From NCBI RefSeq assembly GCF_000299365.1, contig NC_018655.1:1410001-1442000 (forward strand): a DNA stretch of 32,000 bases. Direction: 5' to 3'. Source of the stretch: Candidatus Nitrosopumilus koreensis AR1 (GTDB lineage Archaea > Thermoproteota > Nitrososphaeria > Nitrososphaerales > Nitrosopumilaceae). Below the pieces are notes generated by a model. The model was not told the DNA's origin. It made no database searches and saw only the letters and a list, made by a program, of their open reading frames with translations. A program made the position numbers and the translations under genes. This document shows, piece by piece, positions 16,799 to 25,745 of this stretch (the stretch's first letter is position 1; the number at the start of each line of letters is the position of its first letter).

Positions 16799-17262
16799 AA
16801 TCCTTTGGGCTTTCTTAATGTAAAGCCCATACTAAATCCGATAATCACCATTCCAGCAGTAATTACTACCAAGTGATATGTGAATAGAATTGGATCAACT
16901 GTAATATTCAGTGTTCCAACAATATGTAAATCAGTAGAACCAGTATTTTGTATATCTATCATTGTAATGCCATCTTCTAGATGAGTCCATTCTAGGGTAA
17001 CTTTTTCAGAATGAGAGGTCATAGGAATTTGTAATCCGTCACCAGGGCTAGATAATTTAAGATCAAATTTATCACCAGTAATAGTCATTAGTTGTTTTCC
17101 GCCACTGTTGGCTCTGATTTGATAGGAAGTGGACTCGCCAATTCCAAATGTTTCATCAACTTCAACTGTTTGCAAACCAATGTCTGAAATTAATGAATAC
17201 ACACCTATTCCAATGATTGCGATACCAACAACTAATCCAATTATGGTTCGTTTTGATAACAT
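16795..17262 (-). CDS. Hypothetical two-pass membrane protein with an extracytoplasmic beta-rich domain
   Basis: 155 aa with hydrophobic helices at both ends (IIGLVVGIAIIGIGVYSLI; LVVITAGMVIIGFSMGF). No family recognised. Confidence 0.45.
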   Translation of the reverse strand: MLSKRTIIGLVVGIAIIGIGVYSLISDIGLQTVEVDETFGIGESTSYQIRANSGGKQLMTITGDKFDLKLSSPGDGLQIPMTSHSEKVTLEWTHLEDGITMIDIQNTGSTDLHIVGTLNITVDPILFTYHLVVITAGMVIIGFSMGFTLRKPKGF

Positions 17263-17297
17263 GATTCAATCAATTCTGATACTGCTTAAAAAATTAT

Positions 17298-18728
17298 CTA
17301 CATTAAAGAGACATCATGAGGCTGACTCTCTGCAAATCCAGCTCTTGACATTTTGATAAATTCTGCATTTGCTTGCATTTGTGGAATTGTGTGGGCACCA
17401 CAATAACTTAATCCTGAACGGACACCACCTGCCAATTGTTTTAGGATATCAGTAACTGTACCTTTGTATGGAACCATAGCTTCAACTCCTTCTGCAACAT
17501 AGTCATTCAAATCATCATCAAGTGAGATTGAGCCGGTCTCTTTTGACTTTCTGCCAATAGAAGCTGCAAGAGAAGCCATTCCACGATAAACCTTGAATCG
17601 TTTACCATTTTTAGTCAAAACTGTACCAGGAGATTCATCAGTACCTCCAAGCATACTTCCAACCATTACAGAGGATGCACCAGCAGCTAATGCTTTTGTT
17701 GCATCACCAGATGTTCTTGTGCCACCATCAGAAATTATTGGAATACCATAATCATTTCCAATTTTTGCACAGTCCATTACTGCAGTTAATTGTGGAACAC
17801 CAGAACCAGTAATTACTCTAGTAATACAAATTGAACCAGAACCTACACCAACTTTAACGGCATCAACGCCAGCCTTAATCAAATCCTCAGCACCATGAGC
17901 AGTTGCAATGTTGCCTGCAATTAATTCACAGTCAGGAAATGCCTTTTTGATGTTACGAACTGTACTAATTGCATTTTCACTATGACCATGTGCAATATCA
18001 ACAACAAGAACATCTGCTCCTGCATCTAAGAGAGATTCACTTCTCTCTAAAAAGTCACCCTTAACACCAACTGCAGCGCCAACTAACGGTCTACCTTTCT
18101 TATCTTTAGATGCATTGGGATAATCAGTGTTATTTGTAATATCTTTACTGGTAATCAATCCTTTGATAATTCCAGCATCATCAACAATTGGTAGTTTTTC
18201 AATTCTATGTTTGTGTAAAATATTTTTTGCTTCATCCAAAGTAACTCCAGGTTTTGCAGTAACAACATCTTTTGTCATCACATCAGAAACTTTGCCATTT
18301 GAATTAGCAAAAAGTAAGTCTCTTTCAGTCACAATTCCTACTAGTTTAGAATTTGAATCAACAACCAATAAACCAGAAATTTCTTTATCTTCAGCATAAT
18401 CCAAAGCATCTTGAATAGATTTGTCTGATGAAATAGAATATGGATTTTCAATCATAACACTGCCTGAACGTTTTACCTTTAGCACCTCATTTGCCTGCTC
18501 CTGAATCGTCAAAAATCTGTGGACAATCCCAATTCCTCCAGCACGGGCCATGGTTGCAGCCATAGCAGATTCAGTTACCGTATCCATATTTGCGCTGACA
18601 AAAGGAATGTTGATGGTAATATTTCGAGATAATTTTGTACTCAGATCGGTCTGACTTCTACTTGTAATATCTGAATATTTGGGTACAAGAAGAACGTCAT
18701 CAAAAGTTAATCCTTCTTTGAATTCCAA
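17298..18728 (-). CDS. guaB: IMP dehydrogenase with CBS pair
   Basis: 476 aa: [11 protein letters not shown], the CBS region, the GSGSICITR catalytic loop, and [11 protein letters not shown]. The start codon is TTG. Confidence 0.92.
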   Translation of the reverse strand: MEFKEGLTFDDVLLVPKYSDITSRSQTDLSTKLSRNITINIPFVSANMDTVTESAMAATMARAGGIGIVHRFLTIQEQANEVLKVKRSGSVMIENPYSISSDKSIQDALDYAEDKEISGLLVVDSNSKLVGIVTERDLLFANSNGKVSDVMTKDVVTAKPGVTLDEAKNILHKHRIEKLPIVDDAGIIKGLITSKDITNNTDYPNASKDKKGRPLVGAAVGVKGDFLERSESLLDAGADVLVVDIAHGHSENAISTVRNIKKAFPDCELIAGNIATAHGAEDLIKAGVDAVKVGVGSGSICITRVITGSGVPQLTAVMDCAKIGNDYGIPIISDGGTRTSGDATKALAAGASSVMVGSMLGGTDESPGTVLTKNGKRFKVYRGMASLAASIGRKSKETGSISLDDDLNDYVAEGVEAMVPYKGTVTDILKQLAGGVRSGLSYCGAHTIPQMQANAEFIKMSRAGFAESQPHDVSLM

Positions 18729-18773
18729 TGAAACCTTGTTAAGGAAGTTAAATATTGATTATAAGCCTTTGTG

Positions 18774-19637
18774 TTATTTTTTCAGATTTGATGCAATGAT
18801 GACTGCTTCTTTTGTTGCTTTTACATTATGAGTGCGTATAATATCTGCACCATTAATTACAGAGATTACTTCAGCAGCAACTGAACCAAATAAGCGATCA
18901 GAAGGATTTTTTTTTTGTAAAAGTTCTCCAAGAAAAGATTTGTTTGAAACTGAGACAAGAATTGGATATTTTCCCTTTATAGAATTCAAATTTTGAATTA
19001 TGGACAAGTCTCTTTTTACCCAATCAGTTTTGATTTTAGTAAAAAATGGCCCTTTTCCTTCTTTTCTAAAAAATCCAATTGATGGATCCAATACAATCTT
19101 TTTAGAAGAGATATTAGATTTTTTTGCGATCTTCAAACTGTCTTGCAGTAGTTTTTTGGTAACAGTTACATGATTTCCAGTTACAACTTTTGAATCAAAA
19201 GCACATAAAATCAGAGAGGGTGAAAATTCTGAAACAATATCCTTCATTCTCACATCATATTTCAATCCAGAAATATCATTGATAATGTCTACACCATACT
19301 CTAAGGCATCTTTGGCAGGTTTTGCCCTACAAGTGTCAACAGATATTGGAATATTAGATATGTTTTGAATTATTTTTACTGCTTCAATGATTCTCTTTGA
19401 TTCAGTTTTCTCAGATATTGTTGTGGACAGATATGGTGCAGTGGACATACCACCCACATCAATAAAATCAGCACCATCATTTTCCATTTCTTTTATAGAA
19501 TTTTTTATCTGATTTTTAGTGGTGTTGATAGATTTTTTGTAAAAGGATTCAGGACTAGTATTCAAAATACCCATAATACGGATTGGGTTTTTTCCACCCA
19601 CACCCACATTAGCAATTCGAGTCACATAGTTTATCAA
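18774..19637 (-). CDS. folP: Dihydropteroate synthase (pterin-binding domain)
   Basis: 287 aa: IMGILNTSPESFY, DVGGMSTAP, IINDISG, IRTHNV. The track start is TTG and the true start is uncertain. Confidence 0.8.
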   Translation of the reverse strand: MINYVTRIANVGVGGKNPIRIMGILNTSPESFYKKSINTTKNQIKNSIKEMENDGADFIDVGGMSTAPYLSTTISEKTESKRIIEAVKIIQNISNIPISVDTCRAKPAKDALEYGVDIINDISGLKYDVRMKDIVSEFSPSLILCAFDSKVVTGNHVTVTKKLLQDSLKIAKKSNISSKKIVLDPSIGFFRKEGKGPFFTKIKTDWVKRDLSIIQNLNSIKGKYPILVSVSNKSFLGELLQKKNPSDRLFGSVAAEVISVINGADIIRTHNVKATKEAVIIASNLKK

Positions 19638-19650
19638 AAACTAATGCAAT

Positions 19651-20394
19651 TTGAGTCATATGATGATTTCAGGTTGGAAAAAAGAATATTCGGATATTTT
19701 AAAAAAATTCAACTATGATCAGAAAAAAGACAAGGAATCAGCCATATTGTTAGATTCAATTCTCAAAAAATCAAAAGTTGATGAAAAAATTTACGATTTA
19801 ATATATGGGAAAACTGTGTTCGTAATAGGTTCTGGTCCTTCATTATCATTTGCAATTCCAAAACTAAGGAATCTAAAAAAAGGAACAAAAATTGTAGCAG
19901 ATAGTTCATTAAAACCACTGTTAGAAAATGGAATTATTCCAGAAATTGTTGTAACTGATTTGGATGGAGATGAGTCTTCATTAAGAAAAATTGCTAAAAA
20001 ATCCATCTTTGTTGTTCATGCACATGGCGATAACATTGAAAAATTAAGTTTATCAAAAGAATTCAAAAAATGCATAGGGACTACACAGACAAAACCATTT
20101 AACAAAATACAAAACTTTGGAGGATTTACAGACGGAGACAGAGGAGTGTTTCTAGCGAGTCATTATGGTGCAAAAAAAATTATTCTGTTTGGAATGGATT
20201 TTGGAAATAGAATAGGAAAATTTTCCAATACAAAAAAATCAGAAAGAAAAATAAAATTGATGAAGTTAAAAAAAGGAAGATCACTTTTGGAATGGCTTGC
20301 AACCAATACAAAATCTGAATTATTTACCACATCAATGCAGATCAAGGGATTCAAAAAAATATCATACAAAGACCTGAATACCATAATTACCTAG
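19651..20394 (+). CDS. mptE: Archaeal-type 6-hydroxymethyl-7,8-dihydropterin pyrophosphokinase (MptE/DUF115 family)
   Basis: 247 aa: VIGSGPSL, VVTDLDGD, HAHGDN. Divergent from folP. The track start is TTG at 19651; ATGs at 19660 and 19663 are alternatives. Confidence 0.7.
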   Translation: MSHMMISGWKKEYSDILKKFNYDQKKDKESAILLDSILKKSKVDEKIYDLIYGKTVFVIGSGPSLSFAIPKLRNLKKGTKIVADSSLKPLLENGIIPEIVVTDLDGDESSLRKIAKKSIFVVHAHGDNIEKLSLSKEFKKCIGTTQTKPFNKIQNFGGFTDGDRGVFLASHYGAKKIILFGMDFGNRIGKFSNTKKSERKIKLMKLKKGRSLLEWLATNTKSELFTTSMQIKGFKKISYKDLNTIIT

Positions 20395-20429
20395 AATGCA
20401 TTTAATACCCATCTCCCATTTACTTAATT

Positions 20430-21002
20430 ATGAAATTTTCAGAGGAACAAATGAAGGGCATCATTACTTTGAAAGAAAGTTTGATCGAACAAGTCGATAA
20501 ACATCATGAAGCCATAAAGATTTTAGAAAAAGACATTACAATTTTGGATCTGTTTTTAAAAGAATCCAGCTTTACCAAAGCCTCACAATTAACACCCACA
20601 GAAAAAGTTGAACCTCAAGAATCAGTAGAGACAATCAAAGAAATAAAAAACTCAATTCCAATAAAACAAGGAAAAGATGGAAAAATTATTGCTAACGCAT
20701 TTGTTACTCCTGAACAAGTATCAATAGTGTTAGATGACAATATTGAGATTAACGTCGATACACCTCCTTTCAAATCATTTTTCCTAGACAGAATAATAGG
20801 AGAAATGAAGAAGAAAGACTCAGCAGATGTGGAGAATGGAAAAATACAAAGAGAATCAATAATTGATTATATCATTAACAAAAACGGTTCAGACATTAGA
20901 GAAATTATTATCAAAAACTATAGACAAAAAGAAAGAATCAATGAATTAATCAATACAGCAGGATGGTCATTATCAAGGATGCTAGAAAATATCAACAAGT
21001 GA
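20430..21002 (+). CDS. Hypothetical protein (N-terminal coiled-coil-like region)
   Basis: 190 aa, Lys/Glu/Ile-rich, no motif recognised. It stops 4 nt before the guaA ATG, suggesting co-transcription. Confidence 0.45.
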   Translation: MKFSEEQMKGIITLKESLIEQVDKHHEAIKILEKDITILDLFLKESSFTKASQLTPTEKVEPQESVETIKEIKNSIPIKQGKDGKIIANAFVTPEQVSIVLDDNIEINVDTPPFKSFFLDRIIGEMKKKDSADVENGKIQRESIIDYIINKNGSDIREIIIKNYRQKERINELINTAGWSLSRMLENINK

Positions 21003-21006
21003 TTAT

Positions 21007-22530
21007 ATGGATAAGATTGTAGTTTTAGATTTTGGATCGCAGTATAGCCACTTAATTTGTAGAAGAATCAGAGAATTTTCAGTGTACGCTGAACTAGTTC
21101 CTTATGATATAAGTTATGAAGAGTTACAAAAACACAATCCGAAAGGAATAATTTTTTCAGGAGGGCCATCTAGTGTTTATAATTCGGATGCACCAGTTCC
21201 AGAAAATAAAATCTTTGAAATGAATTTACCATTACTTGGAATTTGTTATGGCCATCAACTAATTGTTAACAAATATGGTGGTAAAGTAAAAAGGGCAAAC
21301 AAAGAGTATGGCTCATCATTACTTACAATTGACAATGACAAAGATTTGCTAAATGGTATTGGTGAATCAGTTAGAGCATGGATGAGTCATGGTGATGAAG
21401 CAGAAGAAATTCCTCCAGGTTTTCAGGTTATAGGACACACTGAAAGTGCAAAAGCAGCAGCAATAGCATCATCTGAAAAATCTGTGTATGGAATTCAATT
21501 TCATCCGGAAGTTGTTCACACAGAACAAGGTACAGAGATTCTCAAGAATTTTGTTTTAAAAGTCTGTGGAGCAAAACAAGATTGGACCATGGAGGGTTTT
21601 ATTGATTCTGCAGTAGAAAAAATCTCAAAAATTGAAGGAAATGTACTTTGTGGGGTTAGTGGAGGCATAGATTCTACTGTAGCAGCATTGTTAATTCACA
21701 AAGCCATTGGAGACAGACTCAAGTGTGTTTTTGTAAATAATGGATTACTAAGATTAAATGAAGAAACAGAAATTGAAACAATGTTCAAAGATAATTTTAA
21801 CGTGAATTTTACATCAATTAATGCAGTAGACAAATTTCTTGGAAAACTCAAAGGAGTAGAAGACCCTGAGAAAAAGAGAAAGATTGTAGGAGAGGAATTC
21901 ATTAATGTTTTTACAGAATTTGCTGAAAAAAATGGCCCATTCAAATGGCTGGCACAAGGAACTCTTTATCCAGATGTAATTGAAAGTGGAGTTTCAAAAG
22001 GACCTGCAGATGTTATAAAATCACATCACAATGTAGGTGGATTACCTGACTGGCTTAATTTGGAAATTTTAGAACCGTTAAGAGAATTATACAAAGATGA
22101 AGTAAGAATGATTGCAAAAATTCTTGAAGTTCCAGAAAAACTTTTCATGAGACATCCATTCCCAGGTCCAGGATTAGCTGTTAGAATTATTGGAGAAGTT
22201 ACACCAACAAAGCTACAGATTGCCAAAGTTGCAAGTAAAATTGTAGAAGATGAATTAGTAGAAGCTGGCATATATGGAAAAGTATGGCAAGCCTATGCCG
22301 CAGTAGGAGATGACAGAGCAGTAGGAGTTGTTGGAGATGAACGCAGATATGGAAATATAGTAATGATCAGAGTTGTAGATTCAATTGACGCAATGACTGC
22401 AGATTGGACAAGATTACCACATGGACTTTTAGAAAAGATGAGTAACAGAATAACAAATGAAATTGAAGATGTAACATGGGTCACATATACAATTTCAAGT
22501 AAGCCTCCAGCAACAATTGAGCCCCAATAG
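21007..22530 (+). CDS. guaA: GMP synthase (glutamine-hydrolysing), fused GATase plus ATP-pyrophosphatase form
   Basis: 507 aa: LGICYGHQ, GIQFHPEV, the SGGIDSTV P-loop, and C-terminal KPPATIEPQ. Confidence 0.93.
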   Translation: MDKIVVLDFGSQYSHLICRRIREFSVYAELVPYDISYEELQKHNPKGIIFSGGPSSVYNSDAPVPENKIFEMNLPLLGICYGHQLIVNKYGGKVKRANKEYGSSLLTIDNDKDLLNGIGESVRAWMSHGDEAEEIPPGFQVIGHTESAKAAAIASSEKSVYGIQFHPEVVHTEQGTEILKNFVLKVCGAKQDWTMEGFIDSAVEKISKIEGNVLCGVSGGIDSTVAALLIHKAIGDRLKCVFVNNGLLRLNEETEIETMFKDNFNVNFTSINAVDKFLGKLKGVEDPEKKRKIVGEEFINVFTEFAEKNGPFKWLAQGTLYPDVIESGVSKGPADVIKSHHNVGGLPDWLNLEILEPLRELYKDEVRMIAKILEVPEKLFMRHPFPGPGLAVRIIGEVTPTKLQIAKVASKIVEDELVEAGIYGKVWQAYAAVGDDRAVGVVGDERRYGNIVMIRVVDSIDAMTADWTRLPHGLLEKMSNRITNEIEDVTWVTYTISSKPPATIEPQ

Positions 22531-22893
22531 GTGAAAAATTTGGAATATGAAAAAATTTGTGATGAAATTTTAGAGTGTGATAAAAAAATCAGATATGTTG
22601 GAGTGTATGATTATGGCGAATTACATGACAAAATGCGTACAGGGACAGATAGTTATCTATCAAAAGAAGAAACAGAATTATCTTTATCTCAAGCAGTCTA
22701 TCGCTGGTCAACACGTAAAAAAATATCAGATAAAATTGGGAAACCAGTTTTTGCATTAGCGAAATATGAAAAGATCTATAGAGTAACAATTCCTATTGGT
22801 GGTGCTGGATTAATTTTGATTAGTGCAGAATTAGATGCAGATGTAAATGGGATAGTAGAAAAAATTTTAAAAATCAAAAATAAATACTCGTAA
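22531..22893 (+). CDS. Hypothetical small protein, possibly with a Roadblock/LC7-like fold
   Basis: 120 aa. Its GTG start directly follows the guaA TAG (zero gap), and the first in-frame ATG is only at codon 35. The alternating alpha/beta pattern (IRYVGVYDYGELH; YRVTIPIGGAGLILISAELDADVNGIVEKI) resembles Roadblock-type domains. This is a weak call. Confidence 0.4.
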   Translation: MKNLEYEKICDEILECDKKIRYVGVYDYGELHDKMRTGTDSYLSKEETELSLSQAVYRWSTRKKISDKIGKPVFALAKYEKIYRVTIPIGGAGLILISAELDADVNGIVEKILKIKNKYS

Positions 22894-22898
22894 TATTT

Positions 22899-23168
22899 GT
22901 GATGAATATGGATTTTCATGTCTTTGATACATATGTTAAAGCAAAAGATGGCCATACAATGCATTTTGATGTAGTTACTGATAACAGCAATGTAGAAAAA
23001 GCAATTTCCTTTGCAAAAGAATGGCTCAATACAATTGGAGAAGGGGATTCCAAAGTTACAACTGAAGAATGTAAATTTTGTCACACACAATCTGTTCCTG
23101 AAGACATTGAAATTGAGATAATGACTAACGGTTATTTCATTTCAAAGATGGAAGGATGTCCTGAATAA
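22899..23168 (+). CDS. Small conserved protein resembling the DUF2024 family
   Basis: About 86-89 aa: MDFHVFDTYVKAKDGHTMHFDVVTD...CKFCH. Recognised from memory of DUF2024-like sequences only. Possible starts are GTG 22899, ATG 22902 or ATG 22908. Confidence 0.4.
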   Translation: MMNMDFHVFDTYVKAKDGHTMHFDVVTDNSNVEKAISFAKEWLNTIGEGDSKVTTEECKFCHTQSVPEDIEIEIMTNGYFISKMEGCPE

Positions 23169-24038
23169 TTAATTGAGTAAAGCAGCACCATAGACGCCAG
23201 CAGAATCACCTAATTTATTTTTCAAAATAGGAGTATCAACTAAATCTGAAAATACTTTTTCATAAACTGATTTTTTTCCTTCTGTGTACAAGAAATCAAT
23301 ATTTGATAAGCCGCCTCCAAGAACAATTGCATCGGGATCCAAGATATCAATAACATTTGCTAGTCCAAATCCAAAATTCTCCAAAAACTCATTTTTCCAT
23401 TTTTGAGCAACATCACCATCAATATTAGAAAGGATTTCAGGCATGGATTTTTTTTCTCCTGTCATGATTTCCCATCTTTTCTCCAATGCTGGACCGCTAA
23501 TGTAGGTCTCCACACAACCAGTTTTTCCACAATAACACGGATTTCCATTACGATGTAAAGTATGATGTCCCCATTCTCCTGCAATGTTGGTTCTTCCTGA
23601 ATGAAGTTTTCCATTAATAGAAATCCCGCCACCAACACCAGTTCCCATTATTACACCAAAAACAGAAGCAAACTTTTTTGCCGCACCCAGTTTAGATTCG
23701 GCCATTACAAAACAATTTGCATCATTTTCCATAGAGATTTTTTTGTGTAGTTTTTCTTCTAGATCTTCTTTTAGAGGTTTTCCAATTAGACATTGAGTGT
23801 TGCTGTTTTTTATCAATCCAGTTTGTTTTGAAATTGCTCCAGGAGTGCAAATCCCTAAAGAAAAATCTGAAACATCACTTGTGATTTCTGAAACTAGATT
23901 TGAAATTGTATCAATTATTTTATGATAATTTTCTTGTGGAGTAGGAACTCTTTTTCTTTCTAAAACATATAATGAATCATCTAGTAAAATTGCTTCAATC
24001 TTTGTTCCACCTAAATCAACACCTAATTTGTACAACAA
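23169..24038 (-). CDS. ROK-family sugar kinase (glucokinase-like)
   Basis: LGVDLGGTKIE (ATP-binding), GTGVGGG, and the ROK zinc motif GHHTL...CYCGKTGCVETYISG. The track ORF reaches 24128 from a TTG start and overlaps the thermosome 3' end by 53 nt. TTG codons at 24038 and 24035 give a typical short N-terminus before LGVDLGG. The start is uncertain. Confidence 0.78.
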   Translation of the reverse strand: MLYKLGVDLGGTKIEAILLDDSLYVLERKRVPTPQENYHKIIDTISNLVSEITSDVSDFSLGICTPGAISKQTGLIKNSNTQCLIGKPLKEDLEEKLHKKISMENDANCFVMAESKLGAAKKFASVFGVIMGTGVGGGISINGKLHSGRTNIAGEWGHHTLHRNGNPCYCGKTGCVETYISGPALEKRWEIMTGEKKSMPEILSNIDGDVAQKWKNEFLENFGFGLANVIDILDPDAIVLGGGLSNIDFLYTEGKKSVYEKVFSDLVDTPILKNKLGDSAGVYGAALLN

Positions 24039-24075
24039 TGATTTAAGAAGATTAGAATGCTTAAGTTTTAATTGA

Positions 24076-25701
24076 TTATCCCATTGGAGGCATGCCACCG
24101 GCACCGCCTGATCCACCAGATACTGCAATTACATCATCAATTCTAAGAATCATACATGCTGCTTCTGTTGCAGATTTGATAATCTGTTCTTTAACAGCAA
24201 CTGGTTCTACAACATCAATAGAAAGCATATCTGCAATCTTTGTGTTTTTAGCGTCAATACCAGTCCACTTGCGACCTTGATTTTGTTTTGCTCTCAAGTT
24301 AGCCATTGTATCAATTGGATCCATTCCTGCATTTTCAGCAATTGTTAATGGAATCACCTCTAATGCTTCAGCATATTTCTTAATTGCAAGTTGTTCTCGT
24401 CCGTCAAAATTATCAGCCCAATCCTTGAGTTGTGAGGCTGCAAATGCTTCTGGTGCACCTCCACCTGCCACAATCTCTGGTTTTTCAATTACATCTTTTA
24501 CTACCATAAGAGAGTCATGTATAGAGCGGTCAACTTCATCAATTACTCTTTGAGAACCACCGCGAATCAACATTGTTACAGATTGTGGATGTTTGCATCC
24601 TTCTATGAATACCCATTTATCAGATTCAACTTTCTTTTGGTGAACCAAATTAGCAGAACCTAGATCTTTTTCAGATAGATCATCAATGTTGCTAATTACA
24701 CGACCGCCAGTAGCTTTTCCTAGTTTAATCATATCACTTTCTTTTACACGTCGTACTGCCATGATTCCGTTTTTGGCAAGATAATGTTGTGCAATATCAT
24801 CAATTCCTTTTTGGCAGATTAAGACATTAACTCCAATATCATGTAGTTTGTCAACCATTGCCTTTAACATTCTATTTTCTTCTTCCAAGAACATCTGCAT
24901 TTGAGTTGGATCTGAAATTCTAATTTCAGAACTCATTTCAGTTTTTTCAATTTCAAGTGCAGAGTTAAGTAAAGCAATTTGTGCCTTGTCAATTTTGGTA
25001 GGCATTCCACTATGGACAATTTCTTTATCTAAAACAATTCCTTTAACAATTTGTGTGTCTTGGATTGAACCACCAGATTTCTTTTCGACCTTGATATTTT
25101 CAAGATCAACAGAATAATCTTCACCTTTCTTAGTAACAATACTAAGAATGGCATCAACTACAATTTTTGATAGTATGTCACTATCTTCTGAAATTAATTT
25201 AGACTGCATACTTGTTGTAGCAATTTTAATGAGTGATTCTCTATCATCAGGTTTGATTTTCTTTGATAATTCAGAGTAAATTTCAAGAGTTTTTTCTGCT
25301 GCTGCTTGATAACCGTCAATAATTGTTGAGGAATGAACATCTTTTTTGAGAAGTTCTTCAGCTTTAGCTAAAAGTGTACCTCCAAAAATGACAGAAGAAG
25401 TTGTACCGTCACCAACTTCATTATCAACGGTTTTTGAAATCTCAACCATCATTTTGGCTGCTGGATGTTGAACATCAATTTCTTTGAGAATTGTTGCACC
25501 ATCATTTGTTATAGTAACATCACCTAAAGAATCAACTAACATTTTATCAAGGCCTCTAGGCCCAAGACTGCTTTTTACTAATTCTGCAACTAATTTTGCT
25601 GCTGCAATATTGTTTTGTTGAGCATCCTTACCTTTTTGTTGTAACGCACTCTCTTTGAGTACCAAAACAGGTCCATTTGGTCCTTGTTGAATTGATGCCA
25701 T
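24076..25701 (-). CDS. ths: Thermosome subunit (group II chaperonin)
   Basis: 541 aa: [32 protein letters not shown], and a C-terminal [13 protein letters not shown] tail. Confidence 0.95.
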   Translation of the reverse strand: MASIQQGPNGPVLVLKESALQQKGKDAQQNNIAAAKLVAELVKSSLGPRGLDKMLVDSLGDVTITNDGATILKEIDVQHPAAKMMVEISKTVDNEVGDGTTSSVIFGGTLLAKAEELLKKDVHSSTIIDGYQAAAEKTLEIYSELSKKIKPDDRESLIKIATTSMQSKLISEDSDILSKIVVDAILSIVTKKGEDYSVDLENIKVEKKSGGSIQDTQIVKGIVLDKEIVHSGMPTKIDKAQIALLNSALEIEKTEMSSEIRISDPTQMQMFLEEENRMLKAMVDKLHDIGVNVLICQKGIDDIAQHYLAKNGIMAVRRVKESDMIKLGKATGGRVISNIDDLSEKDLGSANLVHQKKVESDKWVFIEGCKHPQSVTMLIRGGSQRVIDEVDRSIHDSLMVVKDVIEKPEIVAGGGAPEAFAASQLKDWADNFDGREQLAIKKYAEALEVIPLTIAENAGMDPIDTMANLRAKQNQGRKWTGIDAKNTKIADMLSIDVVEPVAVKEQIIKSATEAACMILRIDDVIAVSGGSGGAGGMPPMG

Positions 25702-25704
25702 TTA

Positions 25705-25728
25705 GATTCAGCTTCAATCCGCTGAATC
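25705..25728. promoter_or_regulatory. Perfect 8-bp inverted repeat GATTCAGC-N8-GCTGAATC just upstream of the thermosome ATG
   Basis: Arms at 25705-25712 and 25721-25728. On the minus strand the order is ade stop (25746), TTAAAAA (TATA-like, ~25733-25739), GGGGG, palindrome, TAA, ATG (25701). Confidence 0.45.
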
Positions 25729-25745
25729 CCCCTTTTTAACATTAC

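Noticed and set aside
22776-23090. 104-aa minus-strand ORF rich in Cys/Phe/Ile
   Set aside because: It is antisense to the DUF2024-like gene and the end of the 120-aa ORF. It has no motif and its composition looks like an artefact.
25705-25728. Palindrome as a simple intrinsic terminator for ade
   Set aside because: No oligo-T tract follows it on the transcribed strand, and archaeal termination relies mainly on T-runs. Termination is not excluded, but the operator or 5'-structure reading fits the position better.
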